Both the position numbers and the translations under genes were made by a program. Shown here in pieces: positions 15,819-22,201 of a stretch of 22,201 nucleotides of DNA; position 1 is the first letter of the stretch, and the number at the start of each line of letters is the position of its first letter. The stretch comes from Vulcanimicrobiota bacterium (lineage in GTDB: Bacteria > Vulcanimicrobiota > Vulcanimicrobiia > Vulcanimicrobiales > Vulcanimicrobiaceae): positions 14,883-37,083 of the forward strand of contig PLCF01000086.1 in the NCBI GenBank assembly GCA_003135555.1, written 5' to 3'. The notes beneath the pieces are model-generated. The model worked only from the letters and a program-made list of their open reading frames with translations. It made no database searches and was not told where the DNA came from.

Positions 15819-16952
15819 TTAGGGTAGGGCGTCGAGGATCGCGTCGATCTCGTCGAACGTGTTGTAGCCGTGCGGGGCGATGCGGATACCGTTGGTCCGA
15901 TAGGTCGCGCAGATCTGAGCCTCGCCCAGGCGACGGCCCAGCGCGATCGCGTCGACGCCCTCGCGGTGGAACCTCACGATCCCAGACTTCACATCGTCCC
16001 GCGAACGGTCGCCGGCGACGCTCCAGCCGCGGCGTTGGAGCCCCTCGGCGAGCCGGTCGGTGAGCGCGAGCACGTGCGCCGCGATGCGCTCGGTGCCGGC
16101 CGCCGCGAGCACGTCGATCGAGGTCGCCAGCGACAGCGCGCCGAGGATGTTGACCGTGCCGCCCTCGAAACGCGACGCGTCGGGCGCCGGCGGCTGCGCG
16201 TAGTCGAGAAAATCCCACATGTTCGCCGGCGAGCGCCAACCCGGAAAGCGCAGCCCGATCCGGTCGAGCAGCGCCGCGCGCAGCCACAGGAAACTGACGC
16301 CCTGCAGTGCCAGGAGCCACTTCGCGCCGCCGGCGTAGATCGCATCGACGCCGGTCGCGGCGACGTCGAGCGGAAACGCGCCCAGCCCCTGCATCACGTC
16401 GACCGCGAGCAGCGCACCGTGCGCGTGCGCGACCTCTGCCAGCGCGGCGAGATCGTGACGATACCCGTCGTCGAAGGTCACCCAGGAGACGGCCACGACC
16501 TTGGTACGCGCCGAGATATAGCGGCGCAGCACGTCGGGGGTCATGCGCTCGCGCGGCGCCCCGATGAGCGTGACCGTGACGCCGCACTCGCGCAGCACCA
16601 GCCAGGGATAGGCATTCGAGCCGAACTCGTTGGCGCCGGTGATCACCTCGTCGCCGGTGCCGAGATCGAGACCCTGCGCAACGACCGTCGCGCCGTCCCC
16701 GGTGTTGCGCAAGAACGCCACTTCCTCGGCCCGGCCGCCGACGAACTCCGCGACGCGCTTCCGATACGCGGGCAGGGCGAGCTCGCGCGACGCCGTACCG
16801 AGCATACCGCGCGCCGCGTGATCGTCGACCATCGCGTGCACCGCGTCGCGCGTTACGATCGGCAGCACGCCGACGGCAGCGTGGTTCACGTAGACCAGCC
16901 CCGGCGCGAGCGCGAACATCTCGCGCGCCAGCGGGGTCGCGGCCCCGATCAC
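15819..16952 (-). CDS. Class V PLP-dependent aminotransferase/lyase family enzyme
   Basis: 'YVNHAAVG', 'RNTGDG', 'EFGSN', 'VDVMQGLG', PLP Lys in 'GGAKWLL', 'RFEGGT', 'IRIAPHGYNT'. Confidence 0.9.
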   Translation of the reverse strand: MIGAATPLAREMFALAPGLVYVNHAAVGVLPIVTRDAVHAMVDDHAARGMLGTASRELALPAYRKRVAEFVGGRAEEVAFLRNTGDGATVVAQGLDLGTGDEVITGANEFGSNAYPWLVLRECGVTVTLIGAPRERMTPDVLRRYISARTKVVAVSWVTFDDGYRHDLAALAEVAHAHGALLAVDVMQGLGAFPLDVAATGVDAIYAGGAKWLLALQGVSFLWLRAALLDRIGLRFPGWRSPANMWDFLDYAQPPAPDASRFEGGTVNILGALSLATSIDVLAAAGTERIAAHVLALTDRLAEGLQRRGWSVAGDRSRDDVKSGIVRFHREGVDAIALGRRLGEAQICATYRTNGIRIAPHGYNTFDEIDAILDALP

Positions 16953-16953
16953 G

Positions 16954-17385
16954 TCAGAGGCTGGCGTTGACGTAGATGTCGGCCTGCGTTTGCGCCGCGT
17001 TCACACGCAGCTTGGCCTTCGCGATCTGCGTCACGAACGTATCGAGCGGGACGTAGAAGTCACCGTTGACCTTGAACGTCTGGCCGCGCATGGTGATTGC
17101 GCCCTGGCCGATGAGCACGGTGCGGCTGCCGTCGGTGAAACGGCCGGTCACCCCATGGATGCTCACCACGACCGCGTTGCCCTGAAAGGTCAACAGTCCG
17201 TCGAACGACTTCACCAACGGGACGACGTCGGCATAGACCACGCCGTTGTGCAGCACGGCCACGCCGCCGGCCCGATCGACGGGACGCCCGTCGAGCGTGA
17301 GCTTGACGTTGCGGTCGGCGGCGAGGCCCGGCGCTACGGCGAGCAGGGTCGCGACGAGGGCGAGGGCGGCGGTGAGTCGCTTCAT
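16954..17385 (-). CDS. Secreted protein with a copper-amine-oxidase N-terminal (stalk)-like domain
   Basis: Signal peptide MKRLTAALALVATLLAVAPGLA; 'VKLTLDGRPV', 'LHNGVVYA', 'NGDFYVPL'; ATGA overlap with the phoU stop. Confidence 0.72.
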   Translation of the reverse strand: MKRLTAALALVATLLAVAPGLAADRNVKLTLDGRPVDRAGGVAVLHNGVVYADVVPLVKSFDGLLTFQGNAVVVSIHGVTGRFTDGSRTVLIGQGAITMRGQTFKVNGDFYVPLDTFVTQIAKAKLRVNAAQTQADIYVNASL

Positions 17386-18011
17386 GAGTAGATGTCCTTG
17401 GTGTGCCACGCGATGTTCTGCGCCCGGTCGCCGACGCGCTCGATGATCGAGACCACGAAGAGCAACAGGGTGCCTGCCGGTACCGTACCCGGATCGCGCT
17501 GCATCTCGGCCTGGAGCGCCTCGAGGCCGCTGCGGTAAAGGGTGTCGACTTCGTCGTCCCGCTCGATAACGTCGTCGGCCAGCGCCGCGTCTCCCTCGCG
17601 GTAGGCGCGCATCACGTCCTGCAGCATCTCGTAGGCCAAGTTGGCGATCCGGCCGACCTCGACGCTGGCCGGCCGCACCGCGACGTCGGCCAGCTTGATG
17701 GCATTCTTGGAGATGTCGACGGCGTAGTCGCCGATGCGTTCGAGGTCGGTCACGATCTGCAGCATCCCGGCGATGGCGCGCAGCTCCCCCGCGACCGGTT
17801 GCTGCTTCCAGATCAGCTCGATGCAGGTTCGCTCGACGCGCCGGCGCGTGTCGTCGATCTCGTCGTCGCCGGCGACGACCCGCCCGGCCAGCACGACGTC
17901 ACGGCGTTCGAGCGCTTGGGTCGCCGAGCGAATGGCGTCGGAGACGAGCGCGCCCAACCGGACGACGTCGAGGCGCGTGTTCTCTAGCGCCTGGTGGTAG
18001 GCGGTACGCAT
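17382..18011 (-). CDS. phoU: Phosphate signalling protein PhoU
   Basis: 'MRTAYHQAL', 'DDEIDD', 'QQPVAGELR', 'DLERIGDYAVDI', 'DDEVDTL', 'ERVGDRAQNIA' duplicated helical-bundle motifs. Confidence 0.93.
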   Translation of the reverse strand: MRTAYHQALENTRLDVVRLGALVSDAIRSATQALERRDVVLAGRVVAGDDEIDDTRRRVERTCIELIWKQQPVAGELRAIAGMLQIVTDLERIGDYAVDISKNAIKLADVAVRPASVEVGRIANLAYEMLQDVMRAYREGDAALADDVIERDDEVDTLYRSGLEALQAEMQRDPGTVPAGTLLLFVVSIIERVGDRAQNIAWHTKDIYS

Positions 18012-18020
18012 GGTGCCCCC

Positions 18021-18029
18021 ATCATAGCA
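18021..18029 (-). promoter_or_regulatory. Extended -10 promoter TGCTATGAT for phoU (near-leaderless)
   Basis: TGnTATGAT ends 9 nt upstream of the phoU ATG; no clear Shine-Dalgarno in between. Confidence 0.6.
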
Positions 18030-18070
18030 GAGCGCAGGGCCCCCGGAAGACCCCGCCGTACGGCCGAGCG

Positions 18071-18853
18071 ATGCCCGAGACCATCACGATCGAGCGCGAC
18101 GGACCGCTTGCGACCGTCACGTTGAACCGCCCCCAGGTCCTCAACGCGCTCAACGGGCGCATGCTCGACGAGCTCGACGCGGCGCTTCGCGAGCTCGACG
18201 GCGACGGTTTGGTGCGGGCCGTGATCCTGACCGGGGCGGGCTCCAAGGCGTTCGCCGCCGGCGCCGACATCGGCGAGCTCAACGTGCTTCCGACCGCACG
18301 GGCCGGCGAGGCTCAGGCCCGCAAAGGGCAGGCCTTGACCCGCGCGATCGAGCGGCTGCGCGTCCCGGTCATCGCGGCGGTCAACGGCGTCGCACTCGGC
18401 GGCGGCTGCGAGCTCGCCATGGCCTGCGACCTCCGCATCGCAGCCGAGAACGCGCGGTTCGGCCAGCCCGAGGTCAACTTGGGAATCCTGCCGGGTTACG
18501 GCGGGACGCAACGCGGACCGCGCCTGATGGGTGCGGGGATGGCGATGTACCTCTGCCTGACGGGCGAGATGATCGACGCCGCCGAGGCGCTGCGCTGCGG
18601 TCTGGTTCAGAAGGTCACGCCGCTCGACGGTCTCATGGCGGAAGCGCGCCGAATCGCCGGCGTCATCGCCACCAAGGCGCCGCTCGCGATCACCGCTACG
18701 AAACGCGCGATCACCGACGGTGCGCGGCTCGCGCTCGACGACGCGCTCGCACTCGAGGCGCTGCTCTTCGGCCAAGCCGTCACGACCGCCGACTTCGCCG
18801 AGGGCTCGCGGGCGTTCTTGGACAAACGCCCCGCCGCATTTACCGGCCGCTAG
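18071..18853 (+). CDS. Enoyl-CoA hydratase/isomerase (crotonase family)
   Basis: 'TLNRPQVLNALN', 'AFAAGADI', 'AAVNGVALGGGCELAMACDLR', 'FGQPEVNLGILPGYGGTQR' with both catalytic Glu residues. Confidence 0.94.
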   Translation: MPETITIERDGPLATVTLNRPQVLNALNGRMLDELDAALRELDGDGLVRAVILTGAGSKAFAAGADIGELNVLPTARAGEAQARKGQALTRAIERLRVPVIAAVNGVALGGGCELAMACDLRIAAENARFGQPEVNLGILPGYGGTQRGPRLMGAGMAMYLCLTGEMIDAAEALRCGLVQKVTPLDGLMAEARRIAGVIATKAPLAITATKRAITDGARLALDDALALEALLFGQAVTTADFAEGSRAFLDKRPAAFTGR

Positions 18854-19397
18854 CGCCGGACGCTCCCATCGCGGTCGAACGCCGGCCGCCGTACTTCGCG
18901 ACCGCCTCGCTCATCTGGCGCTCGATGTCGGGGTTGAAACCCGGCCAGTAGCCGCGCACACGGCCCGTGCCGTCGATCGCGAACATGGTCGGATAGCCGC
19001 TCACCCCGAACGCGCGCCGGACCGTCTCGTCGGGGTCGAGCACGACGTCCTTCATCTTGTAGCGGTCTGCGAACGGGCGCACGATCGCGGCCGGTTCGCC
19101 GACGTCGACCGACACGACGTCGACCTGCGGATGGGTGCGCTTGAAATGCTGGATCAACGGGATGGAGGCGCGGCACGGATCGCACCACGACGCCCAGAAA
19201 TCGAGAAAGACCAGCCGCCCGTGCAGGCGGTCGAGCTCGAACCGTCCGCCGTCGAGCGTCGCGAGCGAGACCGGGGGTGCCTGGACGATGTCGCGATGCA
19301 GACGCGGCAGCACGAAGAATCGGGCGACGGCGACGACGACGACGAGCACGGCGATCACGTCGAGCGCGCGTGCGGCCCAACGGCGCAGCGGAGGCAC
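18840..19397 (-). CDS. TlpA/ResA-like membrane-anchored thiol-disulfide oxidoreductase
   Basis: N-terminal TM helix; 'FLDFWASWCDPC' CxxC; 'GYPTMFAID..GRV' cis-Pro loop. Start placed at GTG 19397. Confidence 0.9.
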   Translation of the reverse strand: MPPLRRWAARALDVIAVLVVVVAVARFFVLPRLHRDIVQAPPVSLATLDGGRFELDRLHGRLVFLDFWASWCDPCRASIPLIQHFKRTHPQVDVVSVDVGEPAAIVRPFADRYKMKDVVLDPDETVRRAFGVSGYPTMFAIDGTGRVRGYWPGFNPDIERQMSEAVAKYGGRRSTAMGASGASGR

Positions 19398-19450
19398 CTC
19401 GGGCGGTTCCGTCGGAGGGAAAGCGCCCCCTGCGCCGCATCCCACCGTCG

Positions 19451-20398
19451 ATGCCAACCAGCCGCGCGGCGTCGGCCACCATCGACGCACGCACCCTGCC
19501 CGCTCAGAATCGGAGCGCGCGGATCTTCGACGCGTTCGACAAGCTGGCGGTCGGCGGAATCCTTGAGCTCAACGAGGAGAGCGACCCGCGCTCGCTGCGC
19601 AACGAATTTGCGCAGCAACGCGCCGGGCGGTTTTCGTGGCATGCACGCAACCTCGGCAGCGGGCGCTGGACGATCCGCCTCGAGCGCATCGACGAGCGGG
19701 CGGATTCGACGACCTTCCTTTCACACACCGCGCCGTTCTCGAACGCCAAGCAGTCGACGATCACCGAGCTGGCCGCCGTCGCGACGGAGCGGTCGTATCG
19801 CACCGCCGAGACGATCTTCGACGAAGGCGAGATGTGGCCGTATCTCGGCTTCGTTCGCAGCGGCAAGGTGGTCTACACCCTGCTCTCACCCGACGGCAAG
19901 ACGCACGCGCTGGGCGAACGGCTCACGCACGACCCGCTCAACGAGTCCGGCACCTTCGACGGCGGCGGCGCGACCACGCGCGCCGAGGCGCTGACCGACT
20001 GCACGATCGTACTCGTCCCCTCGGAGGCCGTGCTGCACGCGGTGCGCCACGACAGCGAGCTCGCGCTGGGCTTTCTGGCCGCCTCGTCACAAGCCCGCCG
20101 GCGCTCGATCGATACGATCGCGGACTTGGCCTTCGCGCACGTCCTGCAGCGCGTCGCGAAGTTCCTGATGTCCTACGCGCCGGCGACGATTGGGATGGCG
20201 CCCGGACTGCCGGGCGTGGAGAACCTCTCGCAAGCGCAGATAGCGGCCGCGGCCGGCACCGTGCGCGACATGGCCGCTCGAGCGCTGATCCGGCTCAAGA
20301 ACGCGGCGGCCGTCGAGCTCGACCGCGGCCGCGTGCGTTCGATCGACCGCGCGCGCCTCGAAGCCTTCGCCCACGGGGTCCAAGCCCCGCCGGTGTAG
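19451..20398 (+). CDS. Crp/Fnr-family transcription regulator with an N-terminal DUF2249-like domain
   Basis: N-terminal 'IDARTLPAQNRSARIFDAFDKL..G..LEL...DPRSL....GRFSW.....GRWTIRL' (DUF2249-like); cNMP-binding-like beta roll; C-terminal HTH 'LSQAQIAAAAGTVRDMAARAL'. Confidence 0.85.
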   Translation: MPTSRAASATIDARTLPAQNRSARIFDAFDKLAVGGILELNEESDPRSLRNEFAQQRAGRFSWHARNLGSGRWTIRLERIDERADSTTFLSHTAPFSNAKQSTITELAAVATERSYRTAETIFDEGEMWPYLGFVRSGKVVYTLLSPDGKTHALGERLTHDPLNESGTFDGGGATTRAEALTDCTIVLVPSEAVLHAVRHDSELALGFLAASSQARRRSIDTIADLAFAHVLQRVAKFLMSYAPATIGMAPGLPGVENLSQAQIAAAAGTVRDMAARALIRLKNAAAVELDRGRVRSIDRARLEAFAHGVQAPPV

Positions 20399-20416
20399 AG
20401 CGGCCGAGGCGCTCGT

Positions 20417-20761
20417 TCAGCCCGCGGCGACGAAGGTGAAGCGCGGCTCGCGGATCCCGGAAAAGAACGCCACCATATCATCGACCATGCGCTCGCAACC
20501 GGCGCGGGTCAGCGCGTAGCCGTCCTCTTCACGCAGATACACGGGCGTCGAGGGTTCCCCGGAGATCGCATCGATCGCCGGAGGCGCGATGAACCGCGCC
20601 AGAACGCGAGGGCCCCGGCCCAGCTCGACGATTGCGGTGTGGCCGTCGCACGACCAGCGCGCGACCGGGCCGTCCCTCGAAAACCGCAGGCGCTCGCCAA
20701 AGGTGCTCCCGAGCGGGGCAAAGGCCTCGACGAGCCAATGCATGGGCGACGGATGGGCCAT
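20417..20761 (-). CDS. Hypothetical protein (114 aa)
   Basis: Protein-like composition filling the gap between genes; TACGCT -10 box 6 nt before the ATG. Confidence 0.7.
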   Translation of the reverse strand: MAHPSPMHWLVEAFAPLGSTFGERLRFSRDGPVARWSCDGHTAIVELGRGPRVLARFIAPPAIDAISGEPSTPVYLREEDGYALTRAGCERMVDDMVAFFSGIREPRFTFVAAG

Positions 20762-20767
20762 GGACGC

Positions 20768-20773
20768 AGCGTA
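20768..20773 (-). promoter_or_regulatory. Putative -10 box (TACGCT) of a leaderless transcript
   Basis: TAnnnT-N6-ATG geometry with no Shine-Dalgarno. Confidence 0.45.
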
Positions 20774-20827
20774 GCCGCCAGCCGCGCCGCCGCCATCGGC
20801 CAGCCGGTTAACGTGCCCGGGGTCGGG

Positions 20828-21091
20828 TTATGCGGTTCGCGAGCCGAGCCGCTCGACGATCGTGCCCGCCGCGACCTCCGGCCGCGTCTCCTCGACGCTC
20901 AGCGACAGGCTGTCGCCGGCGTCGAACGAGAGCTTGGCCGTCGTCTCGTCGTCCTGCAACGCGGCCACCACGGTGCCCCCGGTGCCGACCCACATCGCGG
21001 AGTCCCAGGACAGCTCTTCGGTGCGAACCCCGCGCCCGAGCCGGCCGCGGACCTGCGAGTCGACCGCCTCGATCCATTGATCAAATGTCAT
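20828..21091 (-). CDS. Hypothetical acidic protein (87 aa)
   Basis: Strong GGAGG Shine-Dalgarno before ATG 21091 and a sigma70-like promoter upstream. Confidence 0.8.
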   Translation of the reverse strand: MTFDQWIEAVDSQVRGRLGRGVRTEELSWDSAMWVGTGGTVVAALQDDETTAKLSFDAGDSLSLSVEETRPEVAAGTIVERLGSRTA

Positions 21092-21135
21092 ATGTACCTC
21101 CGTCGGCCCTATCCAATGGGCCTACTCTTCGCCCG

Positions 21136-21164
21136 AGCATACCGCGGCGGGGGCCCCATTGCAA
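21136..21164 (-). promoter_or_regulatory. Sigma70-type promoter TTGCAA-N17-TATGCT
   Basis: -35 at 21164-21159, -10 at 21141-21136, exact 17-nt spacer, about 45 nt upstream of the 87-aa ORF. Confidence 0.7.
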
Positions 21165-21320
21165 CAGCGGCGCTGGCCGTCGGGCCCGGCCGAACCGCCT
21201 CCGGCTTAGCCCGATGGAGTGCCGCGCCAAACTCTGCTTGCACGCATGTCGAGTGCGCCGCGCTTCCTGCGCGGGCTACGGTGGGAAGCCTAAACGCTCG
21301 ATACGACGCGGAGGTTTTTC

Positions 21321-22201
21321 GTGCTTTCATTCTTGGCCGACGTCAATCCGTACGTGCCGGCGCCGAGTTTTCTGAACTCCGGCGACACCGCCTGGCAGCT
21401 CACCGCCGCGACGTTCGTGGGCCTGCAAAGCATCCCAGGTCTGGCGATCCTGTACGCCGGCCTAGTCAAGAAAAAGTGGGCGCTCAACTCCGCGGTCATG
21501 TGCTTCTATGCGTTTTCGATCGTGTTGATCTGCTGGGTGCTGTGGGGCTACAACATGGGCTTCGGCAGCCCGGCAACGCTGGGTCCGGGGATACTCTCGA
21601 CGATCGTCGGGATCCCGGGACCGGCGATTGGCGCTGCGTCCGAGCTCGGTCAAGCCAACATCCCACTGGCGGGGACCGGCTTCCCGCCGCTGCGCTTCTC
21701 GGGCTCGGCGATGATCTATTTCCAATTCGTGTTCGCCGCGATCACGCCGATCCTCATCGCGGGCGCGGTACTCGGACGGATGAACTTCAAGGCCTGGATG
21801 CTGTTCGTGCCGCTGTGGAGCACGCTGGTCTACACGGTCGGCGCGTTCATGCTGTGGGGCGGCGGTTGGCTCTCGAGTCTGGGCGCCGTCGACTACTCGG
21901 GCGGGTACGTCATCCATCTCGCGGCCGGCGTGTCGGGTTTCGTCGCCGCCGCGATGGTCGGGCCGCGGCTGCTGCAAGACCGCACCAGCTTCGATCCCAA
22001 CAACTTGATCGTCGCGCTGGCCGGTGCCGGGCTGCTGTGGCTGGGTTGGAACGGCTTCAACGGCGGCGACCCGTACTTCGCCAACGCCGACGCCGCCGCA
22101 GCGGTTTTGAACACGAACATCGCCACCGCGGTAGCGTTGCTCGTCTGGCTCATCCTCGACATGTTCGCGCTGGGGCATCCCTCGGCGGTCTCGATGATCA
22201 A
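21321..22201 (+). CDS. amt: Ammonium transporter (Amt/Mep family, AMT2-like); 3' partial
   Basis: Translated by hand from GTG 21321 (GGAGG Shine-Dalgarno 6 nt upstream), open to the window end: 'LNSGDTAWQLTAATFVGLQSIPGL', 'FQFVFAAIT', 'DYSGGYVIH', 'LLWLGWNGFNGG'. Absent from the ORF track because its stop is outside the window. Confidence 0.95.
   Translation, partial: MLSFLADVNPYVPAPSFLNSGDTAWQLTAATFVGLQSIPGLAILYAGLVKKKWALNSAVMCFYAFSIVLICWVLWGYNMGFGSPATLGPGILSTIVGIPGPAIGAASELGQANIPLAGTGFPPLRFSGSAMIYFQFVFAAITPILIAGAVLGRMNFKAWMLFVPLWSTLVYTVGAFMLWGGGWLSSLGAVDYSGGYVIHLAAGVSGFVAAAMVGPRLLQDRTSFDPNNLIVALAGAGLLWLGWNGFNGGDPYFANADAAAAVLNTNIATAVALLVWLILDMFALGHPSAVSMI

Noticed and set aside
15810..15821. 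Perfect 12-bp palindrome TAACGGCCGTTA between convergent genes
   Set aside because: Half of it is simply the two convergent TAA stops, and CGGCCG is common at this GC content.
21210..21260. Sigma54 promoter or NtrC/GlnR site upstream of amt
   Set aside because: TTGC is present without the correctly spaced GG; TGCAC...GTGCG has 9-nt rather than 7-nt spacing; no TGTNA-N7-TNACA.

Overview
High-GC (roughly 70% by eye), gene-dense bacterial chromosomal window with about 29 CDS and no rRNA, tRNA, CRISPR array, transposase or phage gene that I can recognise. The left part has a membrane protein running in from the edge, then a minus-strand run of cytochrome c lipoprotein, photolyase/cryptochrome-family flavoprotein, GNAT and pepP, plus a divergent GNAT. 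The centre is an 11-gene, tightly coupled minus-strand string (13082 to 5026): Cof-HAD, small unknown ORF, moaD, moaE, alpha/beta hydrolase, moeB-rhodanese, rmlC, aldo-keto reductase, queG, LolA-like protein, moaA. The right part has a secreted hypothetical, a circularly permuted ATP-grasp-like ligase, DUF1345, phoU/stalk-domain/PLP enzyme, crotonase, TlpA, a DUF2249-Crp/Fnr fusion, two small hypotheticals and a partial AMT2-like ammonium transporter that the ORF track missed. The best leads are: (1) a photolyase-family protein with substitutions at the CPD pocket, the flavin-N5 Asn and the distal triad Trp (candidate non-repairing cryptochrome-like protein); (2) rmlC apparently using a CTG start, in frame behind the moeB amber stop; (3) an orphan ATP-grasp ligase; (4) the DUF2249-Crp fusion; (5) several palindromic or alternatively folding non-coding elements. 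All family calls come from motif recognition and recalled reference sequences; no searches were run.
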